In this document: positions 26,483 through 41,591 of the stretch, piece after piece
How the letters are laid out: the number at the start of each line of letters is the position of its first letter
Position numbering within the stretch: the first letter of the stretch is position 1
The notes under the pieces: generated by a model
What the model was told of the DNA's origin: nothing
What the model saw: the letters and a program-made list of their open reading frames with translations, nothing else
The model's database searches: none
Translations under genes and position numbers: made by a program
Origin: Eledone cirrhosa
Taxonomy: Eukaryota
Reading direction: 5' to 3'
Length of the DNA: 64,000 nucleotides
Assembly (NCBI GenBank): GCA_964016885.1
Contig: OZ024742.1
Coordinates: forward strand, 227,292,001-227,356,000

Positions 26483-26764
26483 CACATAGATATATATGTA
26501 CCCAAATGTGACATCAACTTTACGTATGTTGATCACAAATGACATCAAGAGACACATGAATGTAACAAACCGCTATAAATTCGATAAACTCATATGTATG
26601 AACTTTTACGTACTTATATGTACATGCGTATCTTATTATGTATGGATATATATATATATATGTGTGTGTGGGTCCCGGGGGTAACCACAGTAACTCAATA
26701 CGTTAGTCGAGTCTATACAACAAAAATTCTCTATTTTCTATATTAAATTGTGTTATAAATATAT

Positions 26765-26913
26765 GTGAATGCGTGTATGTATGTGTGTGTGTATTTATAT
26801 ATATGTGTGCGTGCATATATGTATGTGTGTGTGTATATATATATATATATGTGTGTGCGTGTATTTATGTGTGTGTATATATATATATGTCTGTGCTTGT
26901 ATGTATGTGTGTG

Positions 26914-26945
<32 letters not shown>

Positions 26946-27001
26946 CGTGTATGTATGTGTGTGTGTATATATATATATATATGTGCGTGTGCGTGTATGT
27001 A

Positions 27002-27055
<54 letters not shown>

Positions 27056-27229
27056 CGTGTATGTATGTGTGTATATATATATGTGTGTGTGCATGTATGT
27101 ATGTATGTGTGTGTATATATATATGTGTGCGTGCGTGTATGTATGTGTGTGTGTATATATATATATGTGTGTGTGCGTGTATGTATGTGTGTGTATATAT
27201 ATATATATATGTGCGTGTGCGTGTATGTA

Positions 27230-27281
<52 letters not shown>

Positions 27282-27645
27282 CGTGTATGTATGTGTGTAT
27301 ATATATATATATATGTGTGTGTGCATGTATGTATGTATGTGTGTGTATATATATATGTGTGCGTGCGTGTATGTATGTGTGTGTGCGCGTATGTGTGTGT
27401 GTGTATATATATATATATGTGAGTGCGTGTATATATATGTGTGTGTATATATATATGTGTATACATATATGTGTGTGTGCGTGTATGTGTGTATGCGCGT
27501 ATGTATGTGTGTGTGTATATATATATATATATATGTGTGAGTGCGTGTATATATATATGTGTGTATATATATATGTGCGTGCGTGTATGTACGTGTGTGT
27601 ATATATATATGTGTGTGTGCGTGTATGTATGTGTGTGTTTGTGTG
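26765..27645. repeat. Compound (TA)n(TG)n minisatellite
   Basis: Direct reading. Confidence 0.95.
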
Positions 27646-27875
27646 TGGAACACACGGTGCATTCATATATTCATACAGTGACATACTCACATGATAGATG
27701 CAAACACATTCACACACGTGCACAATCAAGTGATACAGAAATAGTGAAGACATCCACTCCCACACCCACACACACCTTCACCACCAACATCGATCAACGA
27801 TTAATACTTTGCTAAACACATGACCATACACCTACACACACACACAATCAGAACTGCACGTGATTTATTATAAAG

Positions 27876-27932
<57 letters not shown>

Positions 27933-27933
27933 C

Positions 27934-28021
<88 letters not shown>

Positions 28022-28198
28022 GCATATACACACACACTAATGCATATATATATACATACACACCAATATATATATATATATAAAGCTATATATATATAGC
28101 TTTATATATATATATATATATATATGCAAAAGTTCTATTTAAATTGTTGCATTTTGAAAGGGTATGTCAAAATTTATTTATAAAACTGGTATATATTG

Positions 28199-28263
28199 TA
28201 TTTTGTCTGATGAAAGCATACCATAATTTAACATGGTATCCTTGAAATATGTATAATAAAATA
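28199..28263 (+). ncRNA. Hammerhead motif, family A (in unit 28125-28302)
   Basis: TATTTTGT-CTGATGA-AAG c ATACCAT..ATGGTAT c CTT-GAAA-TATGTATA|ATAAAATA. Confidence 0.78.
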
Positions 28264-28302
28264 TATATGGTTTTATAAATATAGTTTCCATTTGTTAATA
28301 TC

Positions 28303-28355
<53 letters not shown>

Positions 28356-28441
28356 GAGGTTATATTTAATTTGTTGGGATTCAACGAGCTTCAACATTTT
28401 TATAACGGGTATGTCAATATTTATTTATAAAACAAATCTGC

Positions 28442-28506
28442 ATTTTATCTGATGAAAGCGCACCATAATTTGCTTTGGTTGCCCTTGAAATATGTATAAT
28501 AAAATA
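28442..28506 (+). ncRNA. Hammerhead motif, family A (in unit 28353-28545)
   Basis: ATTTTAT-CTGATGA-AAG..ACCA..TGGT..CTT-GAAA-TATGTATA|ATAAAAT. Confidence 0.75.
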
Positions 28507-28562
28507 AATATGGTTTTATAAATATAGTTTCCATTTATTAATATATTGTGTATATATATATA

Positions 28563-28620
<58 letters not shown>

Positions 28621-28644
28621 TTGGTGTGTGTGATATATATATAT

Positions 28645-28711
<67 letters not shown>

Positions 28712-28740
28712 AAATATATATATATATATATATATATTTA

Positions 28741-29792
28741 TAATAATAATAATAAATTTGAAGACTAAAATCCAAAGAGAGCTCGATAGGATAAATATAT
28801 ATCAAATATATAAGAACCGTAGAGCAAATATTTATTAAAATAACAGATTAAAGTTTAAGCAAAGAATCGCTGCTTTCACTCTTAACGGGATCTTCTGAAA
28901 CTAAATTTAGCTAAACTACCTAGCCGTAGGAACACGTGCAACCCTGTAGTTAGTACTAACTGTAATTGTAGGAATCGGGTTGACTGCCCCCTATCCGGGA
29001 AATGCCTCTCTAGTAACATTGTTTACAAATGTAAGGTTGAAACACCCACGTCCCGTAGGGCCTACATAGGGTTAACCGCCAATCGATTCAAGCAGCGTCT
29101 TTACATGCATACCCATTCTTTTCGTAACCCTTTAAGAAGGAATATGACGTCACTTTCAGCTTATATCTGGAGTCTAAAAGACAACCACATCCAATATAAG
29201 TTACACTGGGAGATCCTAGCTAGGGGTAGATCGTATAACGGAAATAAAAGACCATGTGACCTCTGCGCCGCTGAGGCCGTGGAAATACTATACGCCAAAG
29301 ACCACATCTTAAACAAAGAATCTGAGGCAATTTCGGCTTGTAAACATAAATTGCACAAAACTTTCCTGTATTGCAACCCCACATTATACCCTAACGGATA
29401 GTACGAACTATACGCGGATATTTTACGTCTTGAAGTGGTAGCTAAGTATATGTTATGTTTATACCATTACTTATTTGTATAGGTAAGTATATATTACCTG
29501 TATGTTTTGTGAAGGTACGTATAGTTTCTCGTACGTATATTTGATTGTATATGTTATGGCGTATATATTATATATTCTGGTACATATGCTTTTTCTTATG
29601 TGTATACGTGAGTTTTGCGTCTGTGTGAGTATGCGGGTTCTTACGTATGTAGGGCGTGTGTATATGTGTACTTTGTGTTTTGGTTGACGTGCGACTCCGA
29701 ACATATGTGTATTTACATGTAGGTATGTGTGTGCGCTTGTTATATACGTATTTATTTATTTATATACGTTTATTTAATTATATGTATACACG

Positions 29793-29825
<33 letters not shown>

Positions 29826-30511
29826 TTTTTTTAATATATAATTTTATGTGTATTTGGTGTATACATTCGTATGCGTGCGGGTACAGGCGTTGCGTGGGTT
29901 CTGTATGTGTGTGCGGGTTTTTTTTGTGTACGTGCGTGTATTTGTATACCTATGGCGAGTGTTTTCGCGTATGCTTGTGTATGTACGTATATGGATGCGT
30001 GTATGTATTTATTTAATTTCAATTACCTCTGTATTTACTTTATTCTTAACTCTGAAGCCGAGAATCATTCGGTTTCCTAGTTAGAATTTTAGTCTACGAC
30101 TTCAGTTATACCATTTACGTGGTTTTGTCTTTGCGTGCAATTGTTCTCCGCGGTCCACATATGACGTATTATCTTCGTTTTTTTACGTTCATTGCCAGAG
30201 AACGTCTCTATGAACCACCTAATAGAATATTAGTCTACGACTTCAGTTATACCATAAACGTGGTTTTGTCTTTGCGCGTAATTGCTTTTCACCACTCCAA
30301 ATAATGACGTATTATATTCGTTTGTCCCCGTTCTTTGCCAGGGAACGTTTCCACGAACCAAAGTATCGTCTTCCTGTCTTCCTCCGGTTGCAACGTTTTT
30401 TTGAAATATTCACTTCTGCGTTCACAGATTGACTTTGTTAGTTTCAGAAGATCCCGTTAAGGGTGAACGCAGCGATTCTTTGCTTAAACTTTAATCTGTT
30501 ATTTTAATAAA
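28741..30511 (+). mobile_element. 5'-truncated PLE (second lineage) with an inverted terminal repeat upstream (28741-28903)
   Basis: 28829-28904 is the reverse complement of 30437-30512; GIY-YIG ORF; flanked by (TA)n. Confidence 0.88.
28904..29401 (+). pseudogene. PLE GIY-YIG endonuclease domain (open frame, no 5' part)
   Basis: CNCRNRVDCPLSGKCLSSNIVYKC..AYIGLTANRFKQRLYMH..LSAYIWSLKD..CDLCAAE..LNKESEAISACKH. Confidence 0.88.
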
Positions 30512-30609
30512 TATATATATATATTTATATATACATATGTATATATATTGGTGTGTATATATATATATATATACATTGGTGTGTATGTATATATATATAT
30601 ACATATATT

Positions 30610-30651
<42 letters not shown>

Positions 30652-30655
30652 AATG

Positions 30656-30693
<38 letters not shown>

Positions 30694-31221
30694 TGTATTC
30701 ATATATATGTATATATATGAAAACAGTATTGCTGACCTCAGTTAAATGAACTTTGCACTTTTAGTTGACTCAGCTATTGACAATAGAAACCCTAACATAC
30801 CTTGTGTGAGTGTGCGTGCGCGCGTGTGCGTGTGCAGGCATGTATATGTGTAAATGTCTATGTGCATGCGTCTGTGTGTGCATGAGTACATGTGTTTCTC
30901 TTTGTATATATGAGTACGTATGTATCTGTGTATGTATGTATCTGTGCATATATGTTTGTATGTATGTGTGTGTGTGTGTGGGCGTATGTTTCCGTGTGAG
31001 TGTGTGTGCCAAAAATGACATACATGCACATTTATTTACAGAGGCGCCTTGCTTCCTACCCAGATACATGCATATAAGTAGCAGAACACACACACTCACA
31101 CACACACACACACACACGTATGTAAATATATATTTATCTTCATATACACATATATCTGCCAATAGACATACATGCACACGCACACATAATTATCTCTCTC
31201 TCTCTCTCCCTCCCTCCTTCC

Positions 31222-32785
<1,564 letters not shown>

Positions 32786-32852
32786 AGAGAGTGAGAGTAA
32801 TGTGTATTTGAAATTCCTAACACTTGTGCATGATATACACCCTCCTCCCTTT

Positions 32853-32899
<47 letters not shown>

Positions 32900-32904
<5 letters not shown>

Positions 32905-33210
32905 GGGGAGGGTCATATTGTTATAATATTGCCAGAAATAATAATAAAACACACTTACTGTTTGGTTTGGGTTGGTTTTCGCTACTGTATCTTTTATATC
33001 TCCAGTTAAAAATACAGATATAAATATATATAAGTAGTCTATCAAGGCTCTTTCGTCACACAACTGCGACATCATCAGTGGTACTATTATGTTTCCTCCC
33101 TATTGTAATGCTTACGCCATTTTAATTTAATTAATTAATTTATTTATTCTTGTCTCTGTTTGCGCATGCGTTTGCGTGTGTGTTTAATGTTTGGTGTGTG
33201 TTGGTGTTTT
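32900..33210 (-). mobile_element. Solo PLE terminus related to 16400-16820
   Basis: Shares gggagggtcat, aaacacac and tttgcgcatgcg blocks plus the hammerhead. Confidence 0.7.
33038..33086 (-). ncRNA. Hammerhead motif, family D (degenerate cleavage triplet)
   Basis: TACCA-CTGATGA-t-GTCGCA gttg TGTGAC-GAAA-GAGC-CT|TGATA. Confidence 0.6.
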
Positions 33211-33291
33211 TCATATTACCCATTCTACTACCACAAGTATCGAGTACTCTGGTGAGTAATGGTCTAACTGGTTTTTACCACCTCCATTCCG

Positions 33292-33322
<31 letters not shown>

Positions 33323-33351
33323 AGCTGGAACAGGTACAAGAGTAAAAGAGT

Positions 33352-33477
<126 letters not shown>

Positions 33478-33712
33478 GTGTGTAAAAGGACACCTCCAAT
33501 ATATAATTTCTATAATTTCAACACAGTCTTTGATCAACTATCTGACTAGACAGAGACAGCCTCAAACAACAAACCAAATGAACAACACCAATAAGAATAA
33601 GTTCAAAAGAATAGAAAGGAGAAGACATGCTCTCTCAATTTCACAATAAAACAGGGAATGTTGTCCATCCTCTAAAATATTTTGAAGCAACCCAAAACAC
33701 CCATGGCAATAC

Positions 33713-33905
33713 CAGACCGACCAACTTCTAAAAACCCAAACGGGGAGTGCCATGAAAAAAGGTGCCCCAAAACGGGGTGAAATGAGGAAAATGGGGAGAT
33801 TTTACATAATGGAAGCTATACACATTTTCACAAGAGAAAACATCTCTCACCCACCCCAAAGTGGTTGGGAGATCTACCCGCTTGGATGGGAGAGTTGAAG
33901 GTCTC
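33713..33905. mobile_element. Copy of the 113-300 MITE
   Basis: Colinear similarity over its length. Confidence 0.75.
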
Positions 33906-33919
33906 CAATACTGCAAATA

Positions 33920-34182
33920 ATAGCGAGGCAAAGACGCTGAAATAGCCACCCATTCTCACCAGCATTACTTGATTACTTTAGTAAGACAGGGTGATAGCGA
34001 GGCTAAGGTGTTGGAATAGCCAAGCACTCTCACCAGCGCCGCCTGATACTTCAATAAGACAGGGTGATATCAAGGCTAAGGTGCTGGAATAGCCAACCCC
34101 CCCCCCCCCCCCACACACCAGCATCACCCGATACTTCAGTAAGACAGGGTGATAGCAAGGCTAAGGTGCTGGAATAGCCAAA
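33920..34182. repeat. ~70-80-bp minisatellite, about 3.5 copies
   Basis: taagacagggtgata..aggctaaggtg..ggaatagcca repeated. Confidence 0.9.
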
Positions 34183-34553
34183 CTTCTTATATATTCTCCA
34201 ATCTATGTAGAGAATAAATTCGTTGTTGCTTACTGCTATTTTTTTAGCAGCAAAGCCATCAACACGTCTGTAATATTCCCGCTTTCACTAGCGGCTGGTT
34301 CCCGTGTGGGTCACTTTGACGGCCATAACTCATACGAGCTGGTAGTTGGCATTATATTTGCATACGGTGGGACTTAAGTCCTATAGAATGGAAATAGCTA
34401 TCTGATGAAATTTACTTTCCGTTGGAAATTCTCTGAATTTCTAATCTTTTGTAAATGGAAACCGCCGGTAATAGCATTATGAACAGGTAGATATTTAAAT
34501 CATTTTTTAATTCATTTAAAGGATTGTTTAATGTTTGTTTGTTCTGCTCATCA

Positions 34554-34594
<41 letters not shown>

Positions 34595-34595
<1 letters not shown>

Positions 34596-35002
34596 GAGGG
34601 TAATCCCAAAAGTAAGGTCTCCAAAGCGATGGGGACGCAGAGAAACTGTTCGTACAGCTGTTGGCAACACTGTTGTGATTGGTGCTTCCTTCACTCCCAA
34701 ACAAGCATGCGCGCGCTTCGCTGGGATGCTCAATCTTGACTTGGCAGCCATTGAGAATGGAGCTCCCGTTGAACGCTACCGCCAAGTGCGAATTTCGCGC
34801 AGTTATTATATACGAGGGCAATCCCAAAAGTAAGGTCTCCTTCCGAGGAAAACATGCGTAAAGATCGGCGGATCACTCTGGATGCTCTCTGCATTTTGGT
34901 TCCTGAGGTTTCCCGAAGCACCATCCACAGGATTTTAACGGAAAAGTTGCAATATTGGAAGTTGCAATATCGGAAGGAGACCTTACTTTTGGGATTGCCC
35001 TC

Positions 35003-35003
<1 letters not shown>
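34595..35003 (+). mobile_element. Rearranged, internally deleted mariner element
   Basis: TIR CGAGGG(T/C)AATCCCAAAAGTAAGGTCTCC at 34595, 34813 and inverted at 35003, TA flanks; [17 protein letters not shown] and [20 protein letters not shown] mariner HTH fragments. Confidence 0.88.
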
Positions 35004-35044
<41 letters not shown>

Positions 35045-35118
35045 CGAAGGAAGTGGGGTAAGGAACCAGGTAGACCATAACGCACAAGAGTACTCGATAC
35101 TATGGGTCCTGACTCTTT

Positions 35119-35490
<372 letters not shown>

Positions 35491-35548
35491 TTCTACAGGA
35501 CTAGAACTGTTTGCTTCGTAGGAAATCATATATATATATATATATATA

Positions 35549-35841
35549 CAGTTGTCCTCCGATATTAGCGGAGGTTACGTTCCTTGTGTACTCGCGAAGA
35601 GTGTAAAACCGCGAATATTGGACGTGGTCTATAAAAATGCCTAGAAAAGTCAAAACATAACGTAAAATATAGGCCGGCAAATACGGTATTGTTATTAATA
35701 ATTTAGAGTTAAAAAGCAGAAAAAATATAAATGGCCACGAAAAAAGCCGTTAAAGAATGGCATATATGCGATGGTTTCCACGATTAGATTCTAAGGAAAA
35801 TTCCGCGAATAACCGGAGCCGTGAATGCCGAGGGTACACTG
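35549..35841. mobile_element. Tigger/pogo-like MITE, TA TSD
   Basis: TA-CAGTTGTCCTCCG ... CGAGGGTACACTG-TA. Confidence 0.7.
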
Positions 35842-35989
35842 TATGTATATATATATATATATATATACTATATAAATTGGAAGTGGTCGGACGTTGTATA
35901 TTTAAGTAAGTAAGTAAATGTAGTCGGATAAACGTCGAAACGGCTTGGTGGAATGCAGCGAAAATTTACACAGTTATGCAGAATGACCC

Positions 35990-36345
35990 GAGGAGGAGTT
36001 GGGTCGACTTTTAGGGTACAAGCTTCCATGGTTACGGAGAAAATCGATGAAACAGGAATTTCCCATTCAAATTGAACTGAGACTAATCTGTGAACGCAGA
36101 AGTAAATATTTCGAGAAATGTTCCAACCGAACGAAAACAGGAAGACGATATTTTGGTTCGTGAAGACATTCCCTGGCAATGAATGGGAAAAAAAGCGAGG
36201 ATAATACGTCGTTATGTGGATCGAGAAGAACAATTTCATGCAAAGACAAGACCAAGTTTATGGTATAAATGGAGTCGTTAGACTAATATTCTATTTAACG
36301 TAACAGAATGATTTCCAGCCCCGGAGTTTAAGAATGATGTAAATA
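35990..36345 (-). repeat. Diverged copy of the module at 30040-30435
   Basis: Blocks such as cttctgcgttcacagatt, tatcgtcttcctgt and gaatattagtcta are shared in reverse orientation. Confidence 0.75.
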
Positions 36346-36500
36346 AAATTTAAAACAAAAATGACAGAGGTTATTAAAATAGTAAAAGTAAATAGTGAAG
36401 ATTTGGGCCAGTACATACGTATGCCCCAACGGACAGACACATACATACGCACACACAAATACATACCCCCCCCCCCACGCGCGCGCACACACGCACGCAC

Positions 36501-36587
<87 letters not shown>

Positions 36588-36589
36588 CG

Positions 36590-37036
36590 CGCGCGTGTAT
36601 AAACCTTATGCATTTCTACAGTATTTTCACCAAATTTAAGACACAGGTTACTTATGTACTCCGGGTGGTCATGGGCACTTTCATTTTTCCAGATATTGAT
36701 TATAGGCCCCCCCCCCCCCGGCAGATAACCCCCTTTAATCACTTCCTTGGAGTCGACTGAAGCACTGCAGTGCAATGCAACAGAATGTCATAACTTCTGG
36801 AGTTCGCAACCGATTTTCACAAAACTTGACACATGGGCTACGTTTGTCCTACAGATGAATGTGAACTCTCAGAATTGGCACATATTGAGTAGGGGATCCC
36901 TGGGGCAGGAACCCTCTTTTGGAAAAGGCCGATGATTTTGTAAAAGTATAGTTTTCGAAGCAGCACTGAAGTATTGTCATAAATGGTATACATAACTGCT
37001 ATTTAATACCCGAGCAACGCCGGGTACCTCTGCTTG
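36590..37036 (+). mobile_element. Helitron 3' portion
   Basis: CCCGAGCAACGCCGGG hairpin plus TACCTCTGCTTG (CTAG mutated); same terminus as 23616. Confidence 0.65.
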
Positions 37037-37744
37037 TAATATATATACGAGTGTGTGTGTGCGTGTATGTGTGTGTGTTATGTGATCCCAGTAAAAGATG
37101 AGCCGAAGAGATTTGGTATCGATCTTTCGTTGTTATTACATATATATGTGGGGTGGTGTGGGGGGTGACCATGCAACAAATACCGTTACCATGGATACTA
37201 GTACATGTTTTATGTTTAAAGCTACAACAACAACAATACTAGCAACACCAATATCGGTTAATATTCCATAGTTAATTTAATAGTATTTTGTCATTTACTC
37301 AATAAATGTTAATATATTGAAATCTAGGATATGGTTATTATTTGGTTGCAGTAAAGGGGGTGATAAGGCGGCGAATTGGTAGAGTCGTTAGAATGTCGTA
37401 TACAATCCTTTGTAGTATTCGTTTCGGCTCTCTGTCTTCTGAGTTCAAATCCCACCGAGGTCAACTTTCCGTTTCATCCATTCGAGGTCGATAAAAAAAA
37501 TGTACTAGTTTTGTACTGAAGTCGATTCTTCCTCTATATTTCTTTCTCAATTTCATTCTTTCACTCTGTATTCGAACCTGGAGAGGGATGGGCTCCGCCA
37601 TCTTTTAAAATGTCCTAGAAACATCGTATGTCAATACAGCGTCCCAACGGCTCCCTCTGGTGACGGAACCATGCACGCAATGAGGATAAGGATGATAACA
37701 AGGTTCATTATGGACTAGTTTCTACATATAGTGGAAGATGGGTG

Positions 37745-38255
37745 CAGTGATCTGAGACCGAGCTATGACATTATTAAAGAGTCATTTTAACCACAGTTGT
37801 ACATGTCTTGTAAGTGACTTGATCTGTAAGTGACTTGTAAGTGACTTGATCTGAGACTGTGTGGTGATACTAAAGCAATTACTACATGGAACAATCATTT
37901 TGACCAGTAAAAAACACTCACAAAACTTAAATTCACTTTACATTTATCATTTTTTTCTTGCTGTCTAAATTGTCGTCGCACTGTTTGTGACCTGGCCACA
38001 GGCACAATTCCACTGTAAATGTTGACACTAGGAAATAAATGATAAACGTAAAATGAAGTTAACATTTTTGTGTGTTTTTGAATGGTTAAAGTGAGGCTTC
38101 CGTGATGTAATTATTTTAGTCTCAACACAAACGGTTTGAGATCAAATCATTTGTCAAACATGTACATCTACGGATAAAATGACTCTTCAACTTTGTAATT
38201 GCTTTAGTTTCAACAATCTCAGATCAAGTCACTTGCTAGATACGTACAACTCCGA
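37745..38255. repeat. Diverged palindromic MITE/foldback
   Basis: aagtgacttgatctgaga / tctcagatcaagtcactt and acatttatcatt / aatgataaacgt inverted blocks. Confidence 0.65.
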
Positions 38256-38619
38256 AATGATTATTTTCATCTAGGTTTTACTGATGTGGAACATATCCTG
38301 TCACTATGTGTATGTATATATGTGCATATGTGAGTTCGATAATAGTAACGTGTTTTCTTCTTGAACAAGACAATTTATTTCACGTTGTTCCAGTCTATTC
38401 AGCTGGAAAGAAAAAAATAGTTGTTCCTGTAATTTAAAGAGCCAGCCATGTCATGCACTGTCATGTCTTCATATATAGAGAGAGATTGAGAGGGGTGGGG
38501 AGACAGAGAGAGAGAGACAGACAGGTAAACAGGCAGAAAGAGGTTATATATAGAGTTAAACCAAGAATAAGCTAACAGTGTAGATAGCAGGCTTTAAGTC
38601 TGCTATATACACGCCCTAT

Positions 38620-39150
38620 AGCAGCATGACCGAATGGATAAAACGTTCGCTTTACAATTATTAGGTCCTGGTGTCGATCCTACTGCTTGGTATCATGAGC
38701 AAGTGTCATTTACCATAGCACTGAGTCGACCCATGGCTTGTGAGAAACATTAGATAGGCGGAAACTGTTCGGAAGCCCGTCAAATGGACTACACATGTAA
38801 TTCAAAGGGCCTGCCTTGTTATACACTGTGTCGCGCTAAATCTCTTTTAGAATTACATCAAAGATAGTGTCGGATTTAGGACAAATGAGACCCTGTGCTA
38901 GTTAAGTTATGAGGCCCCTTACTTGGGCTCTGAAGGAGGTAAACACATTTTTTTGGCAGGAAGATGCCCCCCCCCCCCCTGCCAACGGGGCCCTATGCTT
39001 AAGCACACCTAAGCACAATGGTAAATCCGGTACTGGTCAAAGGTATACGTGTCTGTAGAATACTCAGCGACTTACATGTTAATTTTACGAGCAAGTTGTT
39101 CCGTTGATCGAACAACTGGAACAGTTATCATTGAAACCGACGGAGGTCCA
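38620..39150 (+). mobile_element. OR1-like SINE plus SINE tail, interrupted by a MITE
   Basis: tRNA-like head, ggaaactgttcggaagcccgtc, and the tail shared with 960-1130. Confidence 0.65.
38865..39035. mobile_element. hAT-type MITE
   Basis: TAGTGTCGGATTTA / TAAATCCGGTACTG TIRs; 8-bp TSD ATCAAAGA / GTCAAAGG. Confidence 0.78.
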
Positions 39151-39335
39151 TTCCATTCCATATATTTAAATCAACAATAAACTAACCGTGTAAATAGCAG
39201 GTTTTAAGTCTAACTACTATGTACACAACAGGAAAAATCGAAGGCTTAGACAATATTCCATTACTGATAGACGGATCAATCGATAGAACGATTACACAAT
39301 CAATAGAATATAAAATTAGGTATAGCCAAGCAAGA

Positions 39336-39336
<1 letters not shown>

Positions 39337-39385
<49 letters not shown>
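39337..39385. repeat. (AGT)n microsatellite
   Basis: Direct reading. Confidence 0.97.
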
Positions 39386-39733
39386 TACGTAAATCTACAA
39401 TAGATAATAGCTACTACATTTAACCATCTTAAGAGTCATTAAAGCGTCGAATTAAAAATACCTCGCCATACGTTCCGGCTCTCAGCACCCTGAGTTCATA
39501 TCCTGTCGAGGTCAACTTTGCCTTTCATCCTTTCGAGGTCTATAAATAAAGTACCAGTCTAGTCTAGTATTATGGTAATTTCTTATATCTCCGGTTATCT
39601 ACTCCCAATCCCCCCCCCCCTCTCTCTCTCTCGCTCTCGTTCTGAAAGAAATCGGCTATGAATCAGTCCAGATTTAAAATACCCAAGACATACCGTGTGT
39701 TAGGATAGCACCACTACGACATCATCAGGAGTT

Positions 39734-39845
<112 letters not shown>

Positions 39846-39928
39846 ATATGTGGTTGACGGCAGAGAAAAAAGTACTCAATACCGAAGTAGAGTTTAAATA
39901 TACATTTTATTAAGGCTAAATAGTAAGT

Positions 39929-39976
39929 CTTGTTACTCTGGAGCTTCGTCAGTTTATCCCAGGGTCGTCAGATAAG
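39929..39976 (-). ncRNA. Degenerate hammerhead, family E, back-to-back with a deleted inverted copy (39972-40035)
   Basis: CTTAT-CTGACGA-..-GAAG-CTC ca GAG-TA|ACAAG; the plus copy has CTGACG..GAAACTC. Confidence 0.55.
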
Positions 39977-41437
39977 CTGACGCTGGGATAAACAGGCGAA
40001 ACTCAAGACTCACTATTTAACCGTAACAAAATGAATCTCTCTCTCTCTATATATATATATATGTGTGTGTCTGCGTATAAGTATGTATGTAAGTATGTAT
40101 GTATGATCTTCCGTCGCCTTCAACGATGAGTAATCAGTTATTCGATCAAGAACGCAATATATATATAACATATATACACGCACTCACACTATCCACACAC
40201 CCTACTACCACCACTAACCCTCACCACACATCCACTCTGACTACCCCACAACTAACATCACTAACCTCCACCCCCCGACCCCACGCACACGAATTCACAC
40301 CATCACACACACACCCACACCTATGTACACCACCCACTCCACACACCCAACCACCACTAACCACCACTTACACACCCGCTTTCCACCCTTCCCCACCACA
40401 TGTAATACTAACACCCACTAACACCCCCTTTACCACACACACACTCATTCAAACACGCACACACACACCAGTACACTACACTCCCTCCTCCGCCCCAACA
40501 CCTCTGCTCTCCCTCTCTCTCTCCCCCTCTCTCTCTCTCCCCGCTCCCCTACACCCCTTCACACACATCCCACTAACACCTCTACTAATATACACCCCAT
40601 CGCTCCACTTCACCACCTTCCCCCTCCACACCTACCCATCCTCCCCCCTGCCCACCGCACCACCGCACACACAGACACACACACAGTCCTCACCACACTG
40701 ACCTTACTCCACCTGTCATCCTGCTCTACTGCTATCTCTTCATCCTGCTCTACTGCTATCTCTTCACCCTGCCTTGACCCTCTGACCACTTCCTGTTGCG
40801 CGCGCACCCCACTTCCCCCCACTTCCGACCACCACCAACATTGGATTCTCCACCGCCGGGCATCTCTCCAGCTATCCACTCCATAACATGAAAAATATCC
40901 AGCACCTCTTCGCATCCCCGATGGAACTACCCCAGGAACTTACCCACGAACATACACTCACATTTTTTTTCGCACCACGCCAGCCACATCCACACCACGT
41001 ATAAACACAAACACACACGTGCGTACCCCCACATATACACACTCTACCTCCGGAATCCACACGCCCCTCCCCCACTCTCTTCTTCCACACGCGCACACAC
41101 ACCGACTTACACCCCACCCCACGCACACACCTTTTCCTGAACATGGAACCTCGTTCTTCCTCCAACTCTCACATACACATGCACACACACACTCACGTAC
41201 ACCTACACACATACACAAACACCACCTTCAGCCTTCCCTGCTTCGACCTCCACCCCCCCCCCCCAACTCCACCCAACGCCACCCTTACACGCCTCACACC
41301 CTTCCACCAATTGTTCATCTTATTATTTATTCTTATGTTTATTTTTACGTTTATTTTTATTTTTATTTGTTCTCCCCCCCTTTTTTTTAAATGTATTTCC
41401 ACACACCCTCGGAACTCTCTTCCTAACCTATTTACTC

Positions 41438-41465
41438 CTGAAGAAGGGCTTATGCCCGAAACGTC
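41438..41465 (+). ncRNA. Hammerhead core, family F (stem I not evident)
   Basis: CTGAAGA-a-GGGC ttat GCCC-GAAA-CG-TC followed by AATAAA and (TA)n. Confidence 0.6.
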
Positions 41466-41537
41466 CCCTCCCCCAACAGCGTGAACCTAATAAACCTTTA
41501 TTTGTCTGCCTCTCTGTTTTGTTCCCGTCTAAATTTG

Positions 41538-41590
<53 letters not shown>

Positions 41591-41591
<1 letters not shown>

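Noticed and set aside
34395-34447. CTGATGA...GAAATTC..GAATTTC possible hammerhead
   Set aside because: Stem I and stem II do not pair
40099-40701. 200-aa Pro/Thr/His-rich ORF as a mucin-like gene
   Set aside because: An open frame is expected from the G-poor C/A composition; no signal peptide or splice support
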